DNA from: Podarcis cretensis
Lineage: Eukaryota
DNA: 64,000 nucleotides
Assembly: GCA_951804945.1 (NCBI GenBank)
Contig: OX638158.1
Location: 20,708,001 to 20,772,000 of the forward strand
Direction of reading: 5' to 3'
Below, piece after piece: positions 51,801-64,000 of this stretch. How positions within the stretch are numbered: position 1 is the first letter of the stretch; every line of letters begins with the position of its first letter. The position numbers and the translations under genes are program-made. Below the pieces are notes generated by a model, which was given only the letters and a program-made list of their open reading frames with translations, was not told the origin of the DNA and ran no database searches.

Positions 51801-54727
51801 TATCTTCAAGACGCTGCTTACCTTCAATGTGATACTTCCACTATCTGGCCCTCCAGTCAGACAGCCACATGATGTTTAAATTAATAGTCATTTCAGAAGA
51901 AAACAACTTATTTTCCAAAAGAAAGGGGGGAAATCCTTGTTTTCTAAGAAAAACGTAGGCTTTGTGGTTACGGAGAATCCTTCCTCACTTCACAAACTTG
52001 GGTAACTTCTGGTAATATCTATGAAATCTTGTCTCCTACTTGCTTGGTAGTGATTTCCTTATTTGCTGGGGTGCTGAGCAATAGAAAAAGGGTTCTATAA
52101 CCCTAGGGCTTGTGGACATCCAGTGAAGCTGAATGTTGGAAGATTCAGGACAGGTAAAAGAAAGTACTTCTTCATGTAGTGCATAGTTAAACTGGGGAAC
52201 TTTGATGGCTTCAAAAGAGGACTGGGCAAATTCCTGGAGGACAGGGGTGGAGATAGTTACTAGGCATGATGGCTGCTCTCTGCTAGGAACTTGCAAGTAT
52301 TGGAGGTGTGCAACATGAGGAAACATACTGCAAATGCAGTAGGGTAGAGCACTTTGGTTAATCACTACCATTAATGGGCTGCACACAGAAAACCAGTTTC
52401 AAAGTACAAAAGTAGCAATACCAATTCCTGTTATAAACAAAATTGCTAGTAGGACTTTTTAACAATGGGGGCCATAGCTCAGTAGAGCAGATTTGCCTGA
52501 AATGCTGTTTCCCCTGTCTGCAGTGGATTCTCTCTATTGCCTATAAGCATCAGCTACTGCAGTGATACCCCTCTGCAAAGGGAACCAGAAGACTATCTGT
52601 ATTCAGTTCAGTGCTTCCTGCAGCATGGGAAAAAGCTGCATTTGTTCTTCATTTGTTGCTGTGTTTATCTAATGTTTCTTATTGTTGTTGCTATCTATTT
52701 GTGAAAGCTTTCAGTAGACTAGTTTGTTACTTCAGTAATACAGTACTGAGCTTGTTAATGTTTTATGAAATGAAAGTTAGAAGCTCTAAACTAAGTACAT
52801 AAACTGGTGTGAATTAATCTCCCCCTCCATCCCTCTCCACCACTGCAGTGACGAGAATAAATACCTTTGGGCACAAGCTGTCCTGCTGGGAATGATTTGC
52901 TACTCACTGCTGTGCTCTTGACTGAAACACATTGATGAGTAATTTTGTTCTTGTATTGGTTAATGCAAAGAATGACTGAGCTGAATGTGGTGTATGTGTA
53001 AAATACATGGGAGTCCTTGATAATATTTTATAATAAAAAGCATCATGCAACAGAAATACATATATTCTATAGTCACATGCAATATATCATAGAATTGTAG
53101 AGTTGGAAGGGAACCACGAGGGTCAGCCCCCTGCAGTGGACACTTGGACACACAACCCTAGATTAACAGTCTCGTGTTCAGCCAGCTGAGTTACCCAAGC
53201 AGGATAAGTTATAAGAAAAATACTGTATCCTCCTTTGCACAGTTCTTCAGATTACTGCCTGAAGTGAAACAGAACATTGCAGCATGGAGTTAATATATCT
53301 CATAAGGAACTTTTGCATTATAAACAACTATGAAAAAGACTCTCTTCAAAGGTTGCAGCTTCTCCATGTTTTCCAGAGTCTGTTTCCGCTCATACAGCTA
53401 AAAGTTCTAGTTTCTTACTTCCGATTTTGTGTTTTTGGAGAAGTTTTAATTTTCTGCTTTTATAATTTGAGCTATCAACATTTACCCAAACAACTACTAA
53501 ATTGACAAGTTCATATAATACCTACCAGGAAGAGTTGACCATTCAATAGTCCTATAACATACTGAGTGGTGCTTTTGCACTGGTCAGAAGATCAATCAAT
53601 CAATGTTGTGGGGTCCAGTAAGCTCTGTAAAAATATTTTGTGGAGCTGAAAGTAAATTACTGTCCAAATAGAGACTGAAAAGTCATCTAAAGCAAATTTC
53701 TGTAGATTTGGATTATCAAGTACATAGGACACAATTCTGCCAATGTATATTGTATTGATTTTGGTGTGGGATCATGCACTTATCTCTTTAAATGAACTGG
53801 GCTTATGGTTAATATTGGCAGAATTGTGACATATGGCTTGAGTCCAGACCTCTTGTAACCCTTGGCTTTAAAGGAATTTGCCTTATTTCAGAAAGGGAGA
53901 TTGTTGTACAGAAGCATTCTGCATATTTAACTGATCATCTCCATCTTTTTACTGTTCACCCAACCACATTGAATTGGATGCATCTTTTGTTTTTCATAGG
54001 GATAAGCATCCTTATTTGGAAGGGACTCCGAGGGTCATCTAGTCCAACCCCTTGCAATGCAGGAATCTCAGATCATATGTGACAGCTGGCCATCCAAACT
54101 GCTTAGAAACCTCCAAGGAAGGAGAGTCCACCACCTCTTGTGGCAGTCTGTTCCACTGAACAGCAATTACTGGCATTTGCAGTTGCAGAAGGAATGGCCG
54201 TTCCAGAGTTGGTATAGACACCAATACTTCACTACTATACTACTACAGTATAATCAAATCTCTTCATGAATTCCTGCTACCATGATTTTTAGAAAGCAGT
54301 GACAAGTATTTGAGAGCTGTGGTCACAACTGTCCAGGAAGGTGTTGACTTCCAGCGACCCATTGCAGCTCCAGCAAGGCAGCTGATGGCATCAGCTACCA
54401 TATTACTGATTAAACTCAATTGGCTTCATCCCATTTTGGGGTAGCAGACCACGTAAAGTGGCACACATTTCTGCATGAACCAGAAGCCACCAGAATATTG
54501 AATGTTACCCAGTCAATGTTCTTTCTAGCAGTGGAGCTTTAAACTCCTCCACTGCTCACCAGTCCTGGGGAAGAAACGCCAAATCTAATGCATAGTCTGT
54601 CCATGTATGGGTCCTTTGCTATGTTGGGGCAGCCTCTTCAGTTATCTTGGTGACTCTGAAACAGTGAGCTGCTGCAACCAGAGGGGCCACAGCATGAATG
54701 TTGATCTCCCAGTAGCCTGGGGCTCTA

Positions 54728-54969
54728 CAGTGGTACCTCTGGTTACGTACTTAATTTGTTCCGGAGGTCTGTTCTTAACCTGAAACTGTTCTTAACCTGA
54801 AGCACCACTTTAACTAATGGGGCCTCCCGCTGCTGCCGCGCTGCCGGAGCACGGTTTCTGTTCTCATCCTGAAGCAAAGTTCTTAACCCGAGGTACTATT
54901 TCTGGGTTAGCATAGTCTGTAACCTGAAGCGTCTGTAACCTGAAGCGTATGTAACCCGAGGTACCACTG
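54728..54969. mobile_element. Tc1/mariner MITE, family A, inverted relative to 50260
   Basis: TA-cagtggtacctc...gaggtaccactg-TA; near reverse complement of 50260-50501. Confidence 0.9.
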
Positions 54970-55831
54970 TATATAAACCCAAAGCCCCCAGGGCTCAGGC
55001 TCTGGAAATCATTCCTCTGGGTCTTTATTGCTCAGCAATAAATTTTTACTTTCTTTTTCTCCATTACTGTGTCTGTTGCTTCTTGAGCAAATCTTGAATG
55101 GGTAACAGGTATTCCTCATCTCCTTGCAACACTAGCAAGAATAATTCAGAGGTACAGAATATAGAATAACATGAGTCTGGTAGCACATGAAATCACAGCA
55201 TATAAACAACACTACCAAAAAAAAGGTAGTTTGTAACCTGAAGTGTATGTAACCTGAAGCGTATGTAATCCGAGGTGCCACTGTTCTCCAAATAAGTGGC
55301 TTCAGTCCTCTTGGTAAGGGTGCATTCTAGGCAGTGGGGTAGGTATATTTGTCAGAATTGTCAACTTTCGGTGACAAGTGTGTGATTCTCATGCCTCTGT
55401 GCCTTGCAAAACATGCTGAAGTCTTCTGACAGGAATGAACTGTGTCTCTACTGAACAAATGCAAAGCATTGATGCCCAGCAGCTAGGCAAGCTCACCTCT
55501 CATTCAGAAGCTTTTCCCTGGCATTACAGAAACAGGCCTCTGTCAGTACTGAGAACAATGGAACAGTGATTCACTAGATTTGTTAGTGCTCCCAGCAGCT
55601 CCTTTATATTCAGTGCAGTGCATTCCTGGTTTATCTGTCCTTAGCTGCCTGGAGAGGCAGAACTGTGAACATCCTGACCAGTTAAAGATCTGGATCCTAC
55701 TTCTATCTGAGATGGAAAGCTGTCTCTGAGCTACACCAGTTCACGCTTCAGATGGAAATTTGCATAAGTGAACGCTTCTCTACACACAAGTTTTTGCATG
55801 TACAAAATTAGCATGTTGGGCAGAACTTGGC

Positions 55832-55972
55832 TCATAGAATCAATAGTAGAGTTGGAAGGGAACACAAGGGTCATCTAGCCCAGCCCCCTGCAATGAAGGA
55901 ATCTTTTGCCCAGTGTGGGGCTCAAACCTACAACCCTGGGAATAAGAGTCTTATGCTCTACCAACTGAGCTA
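55832..55972 (-). mobile_element. tRNA-Lys/CR1 SINE
   Basis: Reverse complement of the 47047 element. Confidence 0.75.
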
Positions 55973-56578
55973 TCGCAGACTCCTGGGGAGAGACAGCGCA
56001 CTGCTTGGAATTTTTCCATGTTGTGGGCAGTTTTTCTTTTAAGTTGTGAACCATGGCAAATCGCTTTTGAGGTTGTTGCTGCTTTTACAATCAGTTGGAA
56101 TCTGAATTTTATTAACGAAATAAACACAGTACCTGCTGCAAGCAGGGGTTCTAGTGTGCATTTAATCAGGGTAAAGTGCCCTCCCTCTCCAGTTTCCCCC
56201 TCCTTTCTTTTTTAAGGATGGAAAAGTACAACAAAGATGGGTAGGCTGTGGGGGGTTTGTTTTGGTAACTGCGCTTCAGGGGCTTTGTCCGTTGCTCCAA
56301 GAATTATGGCAAGAGTTTCATAACAATTAACGACACAGGGCAATTTCAATTAGCATAGGTTGGGAAATTGCCCAATATTTTTGCATATGTTAGGAATGTT
56401 GCCCCATTAAACTTGGTAGATGGTGCACCAGTAGTAGTGGAGGTTGATAAAGCTGGTCCTTGAGCATGAATTTTTTGGGGGGGCGGGTTGCAGTTTTTTG
56501 GTTTAAGAAATTTGCTATTCCTATGTGTAGATGCTAGATGGATTTAAGCGGAACAAAAGGAACCTGTGTGGTGTAGAC

Positions 56579-57305
56579 CAGTGTTTTTCAACCACTAGTG
56601 TGCCGCGAGATGTTGCCTGGTGTGCCGTGGGAAAAATTGAAAAATTTGAAAGATTAAAAAAAAAAAAAGTCAACTTTTTGCCCACTAGGTGGGCGCCGGA
56701 CTGTGTCCTGGGTATGGGTGGGGTGGGGTTTTTGACCCCACCCTCGGCCAGCAGGGGCGCCGATTGGCGCTCCTCAGGGGGACACCCTCCACTTTTCTGA
56801 TGTCCGGGCTGTGATTGGTCCAGACTCCAGCCTGGACCTATCACAGTAGAACATCATCTTCCGACTTCCTTCCCACCCGAGCACAGTGTGCGCAGCAGCG
56901 GAGAGAAGAAGACGTCGCGACTCGAGTCACCAGGAGGACCGGAGCAGGAGGAGACGGAACTAAACTAAATACAGAGACTGAGAGCTGTTGATGAAGAGCT
57001 ACGTGTGTGTCTTTCTTCGATTCCAGCCAGAATATCAGCTTTGTGTTCAGCCAAACAGGCCCAGGTTGCGCACTGAATAAAGTATTTTATAATTTTTCAT
57101 ATTTCTGTTTACTTACTATGTCATAATAAAATAATTATAAAATACTTTCTTTGTGTTTATTTGATTCCTATTCAAGAGAATTACTTTATATATAGTCAAT
57201 ATAGGCACAGAGTTAATTTTTTTAACATTTTCTAATGGTGGTGTGCCTCGTGATTTTTTTCATGAAACAAGTGTGCCTTTGCTCAAAAAAGGTTGAAAAA
57301 CACTG
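56579..57305. mobile_element. Non-autonomous hAT element, 727 bp
   Basis: cagtgtttttcaacc...ggttgaaaaacactg perfect 15-bp TIR; perfect 8-bp TSD gtgtagac. Confidence 0.92.
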
Positions 57306-58220
57306 GTGTAGACCTTGTTCCAGTCATGTTCTCTCAGCCTGGGGTGTGTGTGTGTGTGTGTGTGATATTGGAAATGGGGAAACCATGCCCTTCAGAGAAG
57401 GGTGGTTGATAACATTGTTTTATTTCATCTTTAAGATAAGTTGAGAGGGGGTGAGATGGGGATTCCAGGAAGGCGGAAAAGTGAGAAGTTACGTGCCAGA
57501 AGTAGAAAGGGGAAAGCTGGGACTAAGAGAGAGAGGGATACACCAAAGAGGCATTTAAAAGAATTGTTTCAGTATTGTGGTCTGGTGCTACAAACAGCAC
57601 AAAGGCTGAGAGAAATAGAGCATTAAGTGGATTACGGTTGGAAGCAAGTAGAGAAAAGGGCACAGAAATAAAACTGTCAAACAAGAGCAATGGAAAAGGC
57701 AAGAAAGGTTGAGCGGAGATTGGAAATCTTACCACTCAGATGAAACAAAGAACTAAATGTTGCTGTAATTGGCTGCTAAGCTGTATGAAACTATCCGCTG
57801 TTCTGGTCTTCTAAATGTACTGTTGTTTTTTAGTACCTGAACCAACTCATTCCATGAGAGAGAAATACATTCCGGATAGAGTAGAAATATAATATGATAC
57901 ACCTTATTGCCAGAAGTATGACAGCACACTTCTAGAAGAGTAAAGGAGGTTCTCTCCCCCCCCCCCATATTGTGGTGTTGTAGCAGGATCTGGGCAAACA
58001 GGTCTTCTGAGAAATTAACACAGCAAAGTGGATTGGACAGGGGAGAAACTATAAACAGTACAAATGCCTAGTCACTTGGTTCCCTTGAATAACATGTGTT
58101 AATTATAATCAAGAAAATGTTCAACCCTGCTTCTTGCAGGTGTCATTTTGAGAGAGCCTCACCCAAGTATTTTCTCCTGAATTTAGTACAATTAACCTCA
58201 ATTATCAAATGAGTCTTGTA

Positions 58221-58507
58221 CAGTGGTGCCCCGCAAGACGAATGCCTCGCAAGACGAAAAACCCGCTAGACGAAAGGGTTTTCCGTTTTGGAGGTGCTTT
58301 GCAAGACAAATTTCCCTATGGGCTTGCTTCGCAAGACGAAAATGTCTTGCGAGTTTTTCCGACTTTTTTCCCCTCCCCCCCTTTTTCTAAGCCGCTAAAA
58401 GCTGCTAATAGTGCTAATCCGCTAATGGGCTTGCTTCGCAAGACAAAAAAACCGCTAGACGAAGAGACTCGCGGAACGGATTCTTTTCGTCTTGCGTGGC
58501 ACCACTG
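58221..58507. mobile_element. Tc1/mariner MITE, family B
   Basis: Nearly identical to 15790-16083; TA flanks. Confidence 0.9.
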
Positions 58508-59550
58508 TATGTGTATTGCATGAGAGATAGTAAGATATAATTATGTTAGTATTAACTTTTAAAAATACATATCTTTTTAAAAAACACTATACAGTTTATG
58601 CTTGTGGAGTAAAAATGTATGGTATTTTCAGTTTAGTTGAAGTGAACAAGGTGGCGGCATTCTGTTGTATATAAATCAGGCTTCAAGCTCAATCATGCTT
58701 GTATTTAGGCTCCATATTAACAGAGATTCATTAGCATTTCTGCGATGAGGATAACCTGTCTAACTTGTCTGAATGCTTAAAAAACCACAGAATTATTTAT
58801 GCTGCAGCATGTGGCATTTTTAAAGGTCTGAAGTAAATGGACCTTGTGATGCAGTACTTTACGGGTTTTGTCAATATGAAGTAACGTGAGAACGATCTTA
58901 GCAGATAATTAGATCAAGATTTGACTGATGATATTTGGCTGCCCATCTGTGGGTACAAGTAAAACATTTCAAGAGAAATCTAATAGAAACAATTTATCTT
59001 CAGATTTATAGACTTTTGTTATGCAGAGCATGACTTGTGAAATGGCTAAAGAGTAGTCGTTACCTGTTGCAAACACATGCAGAGATTTTGGTAGCAAAAA
59101 TAACAAAGTTTTGATTTGTAAGAAATACAAAACTTGGATAGAAAAGCCATATAAAACATTCCTGGAGCTGATCATTTTCACCACTACAATTTCCCTGCAA
59201 ATGTAGGAACATCTAACATTGGTAGAGCTCCCTTTCCATTTAAGACTGTCCACTTGTGGACACACCACTTGATAAAAGAGGGAATGATTTTAAAAGTGAT
59301 AGTTCCAAGTAATAGGTAACAGAGAGCTCAGAAGTTCCCCATAGATTCTAAAGTCACTTTCTGCTTTCTCTATCATCAGTCTTTGTTAAACAGCCCTTTG
59401 TCAGACTTTTTATTGCTTGTTTGTAATAAATTAAGTTCGTTACACCCCCTCCATCTGCTACGTGATCCAAGTACTATTTAGATTAGTTATCTGAGGAACA
59501 TGTGATTTGTGTGTTCCGGGTGTGCATTTCCCCTTTGTTGAATGTAACAG

Positions 59551-59667
59551 TAAAGGGCAGGCAGTTAGCCTTCACCTTGGAGCAAAGGACCAGTATCTGC
59601 CTGCTACATGCAGCAAAGAGGTGTGCAAATGAAGAACCCACTTCCACTACAGCTGAGCCTACGAAAG
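59551..59667 (+). CDS. Candidate FGD4 cassette exon (117 nt, phase 1-1)
   Basis: Pyrimidine tract plus aacag| acceptor and aag|gtatga donor; open in the frame set by exon 1. Confidence 0.3.
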
Positions 59668-59762
59668 GTATGATTTCCTTAACTTGTGCCACTAAGCTAG
59701 CATGCACAGCTGCGATTTAAGACTGTGGGGAGTGCTATTTGCCTTTCTAGCTTGATATAAGG

Positions 59763-60063
59763 CATGGGTAGGCAAACTTAAGGCCCAGGGGCCAGATCCT
59801 TCTAAATCCCAGGGATGATCCAGGAATCAGCGTGTTTTTACATGAGTAGAATGTGCCCTTTTATTTAAAATGCATCTCTGGGTTATTTGTGGGGCCTGCT
59901 GGTGTTTTTACATGAATGGAATGTGTGTTTTTATTTAAAATGCATCTCTGGGTTATTTGTGGGGCATAGGAATTAATTCCCCCCCCAAAAAAAATAGTCC
60001 GGCCCCCCAAAGGTCTGAGGGACAGTGGACCGGCCCCCTGCTGAAAAAGTTTGCTGACCCCTG
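59763..60063. mobile_element. hAT MITE with internal ~70-bp tandem repeat
   Basis: catgggtaggcaaact...agtttgctgacccctg ends; 8-bp TSD atataagg. Confidence 0.85.
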
Positions 60064-60975
60064 ATATAAGGAATAGTCTCTGAACTCCTGAGCATTTCAG
60101 CATTGCTTATTTTTCATGAGATGGCAGATTCTAGCCCTTGAGACCATGGAGAAGTTTCTGATGGCTGCTGACCTAGATAGCTTTAAAAGAGGACTGGACA
60201 AATTAATGGATGAAAGGGCTATTGATGGCTACTAACTATGGAACTATGGAAACGTTATGGAAAAAATTTGTTTTGATATCGCAAAACATTTCTGATCCAT
60301 ATTATGTGTTTGAGTTTGGTGTTTGAATGTTTATTGTCACTGAGCACGGTATTATGGTAGCCTCTAGCCCTGAGTAACTGCAAACAGACCGAGAACAGAA
60401 ACACACAGTAAAAACAAATCCAAGGGTGTTGCAAAGATAAGCAAGGTCAGAGAGAGAGATTAAGAATAGGTCCATACAGTTCACATCCCTGAAAATCACT
60501 TTTTTAGTATACAGGTTGTTAGAAATGAAACAGCAGTCTCCCAAAGCATTAATGTATGCTTTTCCTCTTAGGGTTGTATACAGATTTGTTTGAGAGATTA
60601 CAGATTTCTAGGAATCAAGCAAATTGCTCCAATAGTGTTATACAGATACAACTGGCTGCCAAAACAAATTACGGTATGTTCTTCCTGTTAGCCTGTGAAG
60701 TGCTACTTTTGTGCTAATGCTAAGAAGCTGCTTTTCCTGGCATCTCTAGTTTCTGAAAGGATAAACTAAATTGGATAGAAATAATGTGCTCTTGTTTACT
60801 TTTTAAAAGTTCTGTATTTTCTAGATTTATTTTAGAAATTGATGGTGTTAAAACATACTTTCAGCGCACTCTCTGCTTTGGTAGAAGGACAGAACTTCAA
60901 CTCTGGTCTTTAGGGTTGTTCTGCACACATGTAAGTGGATAATATATTCAGGTTTATGTAAATTTATTCCATGTA

Positions 60976-62164
60976 GAATGCTCCAACTACTGCACAATTG
61001 TGCTCATTTCACATGCTACCAAGGTTATGCTTAAAATTCTACAAGGCAGGCTTAAGCAGTATGTGGACTGAGAACTCCCAGAAGTGCAAGCCTTTGACTG
61101 TGTCAACCACAGCAAACTATGGCAAGTTCTTAAAGAAATGGGAGTATCTGATTACCTCATTTGTCTCCTGAGAAATCTCTATGTGGGACAAGAAACTACA
61201 GTTAGAACTGGATATGGAACAACTGATGGGTTCAAAATTGGGAAAGGAGTACGACAAGGCTGTATATTGTCTCCCTGCTTATTTAACTTATATGCAGAAT
61301 TCATCATTTGAAAGGCTAGACTGGATGAATCCCAAGCCGGAATTAAGATTGCTAGAAGAAATATCAACAACCTCAGATATGCAGATGACACAGCCTTGAT
61401 GGCAGAAAGTGAAGAGGAATTAAAGAACTTTTTATTGAGGGTGAAAGAGGAGAGCGCAAAATATGGTCTGAAGCTCACCATCAAAAAAACTAAGATCATG
61501 GCCACTGGTCCCATAACCTCCTGGCAAATAGAAGGGGAAGAAATGAGGCAGTGAGAGATTTTACTTTCTTGGGCTCCATGATCACTGCAAATGGTGACAG
61601 CAGTCACAAATATAAAAGATGCCTGCTTCTTGGGAGAAAAGCAATGACAAACCTAGACAGCATCTTAAAAAGCAGAGATATCACCTTGATGACAAAGGTC
61701 CATATAGTTAAAGCTATGGTTTTCCCAGTAGTGATGTATGGAAGTGAGAGCTGGACCATAAAGAAGGCTGATCACCGAAGAATTGATGCTCTTGAATTAT
61801 GGTGCTGGAGGAGACTCTTGAGAGTCCCATGGACTGCAAGAAGATCAAACCTCTCCATTCTGAAGGAAATCAGCCCTGAGTGCTCACTGGAAGGACAGAT
61901 CGTGAAGCTGAGGCTCCAATACTTTAGCCACCTCATGAGAAGAGAAGACTCCCTGGAAAAGACCCTGATGTTGGGAAAGATGGCGGGCACAAGGAGAAGG
62001 GGATGACAGAGGATGAGATGGTTGGACAGTGTTCTTAAAGCTACCAACATGAGTTTGACCAAACTGCGGGAGGCAGTGGAACACAGGAGTGCCTGGCGTA
62101 CTCTGGTCCATGGGGTCACAAAGAGTCGGACACGACTAAACAACAACAACAATAACAACAACAA
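60976..62164 (+). mobile_element. Bov-B (RTE) LINE, 5'-truncated and inactivated
   Basis: KGVRQGCILSPCLFNLY, YADD at 61378-61389, LELWCWRRLLRVPWTARRSN and (CAA)n tail; stops at 61309 and 62004 and a frameshift near 61545. Confidence 0.95.
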
Positions 62165-63284
62165 ATTCCTGCTTAGTAATAAATGCATTTAATAGGAGTA
62201 TATTATACTGAAAGCTGATAGCATTTGTCTTTGTACCTGAGTACTATAAGTAATTCTGTGCTGTGTGGAGCCACCCACTACCAATATTATATATTGGTAT
62301 TATATATTTATAATATTAAATACTATACAATATTACCCCACTCACTACAAACTCACCTTACTTGTCCACCAGTTTTCACAAACCATTGCTGCATTTGTAA
62401 AACTACTCCTGGAAGACATCGTTTATAACTCGGTGGATGATATTTTGGGAAGTGCCAGATTAAAAAATTAGAGTGAAGATTTTACCTGCTTTAACTAAAT
62501 GCTAGGATTCAATATTTACATGTTTAATTCTTGCCTTACAGTGCAAAGCTGTGCTGTTGCTTTTAAGTGTGAGTAATAATCTGCAGCGCAGAAAAGTCTA
62601 AAATCCACATGAATGTGAAATAATGGAATTCTGTGTCTAGTGCTAAGTGCCTGTGAAATCTCATAGTGAATTATAGGTTATTTCTTGCTGCTATTCCCTG
62701 ACTCAGGCTCTCTCTCCCATCTCACCTGTTGCCTCCCTCTGACCTTGAGGAGGCTTCATGACTGCAGTAGATGCCCAGAGCAGCTTCGGAGGAGAGTCTC
62801 TGAAGACCTGGTTGCTTCATATCTTGCAGTGTAGGCAAGCACACATTTCAAAATAAATTCACTTTCAACTAAAAATGACCTAAGCAGAAGAAAATTAAAT
62901 TCCACCAGAAATAGGAAAGTAGGATTAATATACCGTATATCTCCTGTTGAGCAGATGCTTTATCATTTATTACCTCACCTTCCTGTTTAAACCTTATCAA
63001 AGATAATTAAGGGGATATCTTTGTTATCATTATCTTTGTGCGAGTAACCTTGTGGAAACTTGAGGTCTTTCTCCAAGCATTGCCCTAACGTAATTAATAG
63101 CTGAATTCTATGCATGTTTGCTTCGGAAGTTAGTTCTACTCTGTTTCAGTGGAGCTCAACTCCCACGCTAAGAGTGCATGCAACTGCATAATAGCTCTCC
63201 CACATGCTATTGCAAACTGCAGAGTAATATTTTGTCATTGTGCCCTGAATCATCATCTTGATTCCCTCTCTCTTCTTTTCTTTT

Positions 63285-64000
63285 TTTTAATAATATTTAT
63301 TAAAAATTTTCCAGAATAAAAAGGAAAGATAGCAAGAAAGAAAGAAAAAACAAATATGATTTACACTTGGTTTCAGTGGCATCTTTCCCGGACTTCCCCC
63401 CTCCCCCTCTTGTATTCCATTTCCCTTAAATTGATTCCACAGATTCTTACCCCAAATTTTAAAACCTTATTTGTAATTTTAAATAACCCATTTATTCCAA
63501 ATTAATTTATCTTATTTATCTTAATGAACCATTTCTCCTTATATTTTATATAATTCCCTAAGATCGACCCCATTTCCCTTCCACGAATTCCCCTATTTTC
63601 AAACAACAAACATGAAAAAAGAAAAGAAAGAAATAATATATAATTTTACAGCCTTTGGATTCCAAATCTCCCCCCCCCCCATTCCCCGGTTCCAATCCCC
63701 AAAGTTCATCCATTGTCTACTGCCAGCCTGGTGTATCCACGTCTATATCTCAACTCCACTTTGCCGTCTTTTGATAGCTTTTAATTTCAGAAAGTCCAAT
63801 CTCGAAAAAACTCTCAGAAAAAGTCATTGTTCTTCCATCCAGACCTCTATGTTTAAGAGTCTAACTTAAATTCTATTTCTTGGTCCTTTTAAAGTCTGGA
63901 TGTTCCAAATACTCCGGCTTCAAATTTGGTCCAGCTCTTATTCCTCAGGTTGCTTTTTCCTGTTCTGCTGCAGAAACCTTCTAATTCAGAAACTTCTTGT
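63285..64000 (-). mobile_element. Probable L1-type LINE 3' end
   Basis: Poly-T plus tttatt (minus-strand AATAAA and poly-A) followed by sequence G/T-rich on the minus strand; runs off the window. Confidence 0.45.

Noticed and set aside
58733-58778. C/D-box-like hairpin (agcatt...cgatga...ctga...atgct)
   Set aside because: Only ~45 nt with an imperfect C box; too short for a canonical snoRNA
61084-62006. Active reverse transcriptase gene
   Set aside because: 5'-truncated, internally deleted, with stops and a frameshift

Overview
Vertebrate nuclear DNA, almost certainly a squamate lizard: Sauria SINEs, Bov-B LINEs, CR1/L2 and tRNA-Lys/CR1 SINEs suggest a lacertid. The + strand carries the 3' half of BICD1 (coding exons 3192-3343, 5538-5855, 7075-7274, 34776-34851, 38921-39005; ~6 kb 3' UTR ending ~44.98 kb). 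About 3 kb downstream lie a CpG island and the first coding exon of FGD4 (48676-48841), followed by its first intron. The rest is transposon-derived: Sauria SINEs, Bov-B, an RTE-X-like LINE, CR1/L2 relics, Tc1/mariner and hAT MITEs, and several solo LTRs, often nested with recoverable target-site duplications (TSDs). No prokaryote-type system (CRISPR etc.) is present, and I cannot claim a wholly new biological system. The most interesting signals are (1) a BICD1 C-terminal switch made of an internal donor, a dual-frame exon, UGCAUG motifs after three successive exons and read-through tails; (2) a candidate frame-preserving FGD4 cassette exon; (3) an LTR family carrying a captured CR1 tail, present as an inverted pair; and (4) several unusual transposon architectures. 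Gene names and exon numbers rely on recalled vertebrate orthologues, not on a search.
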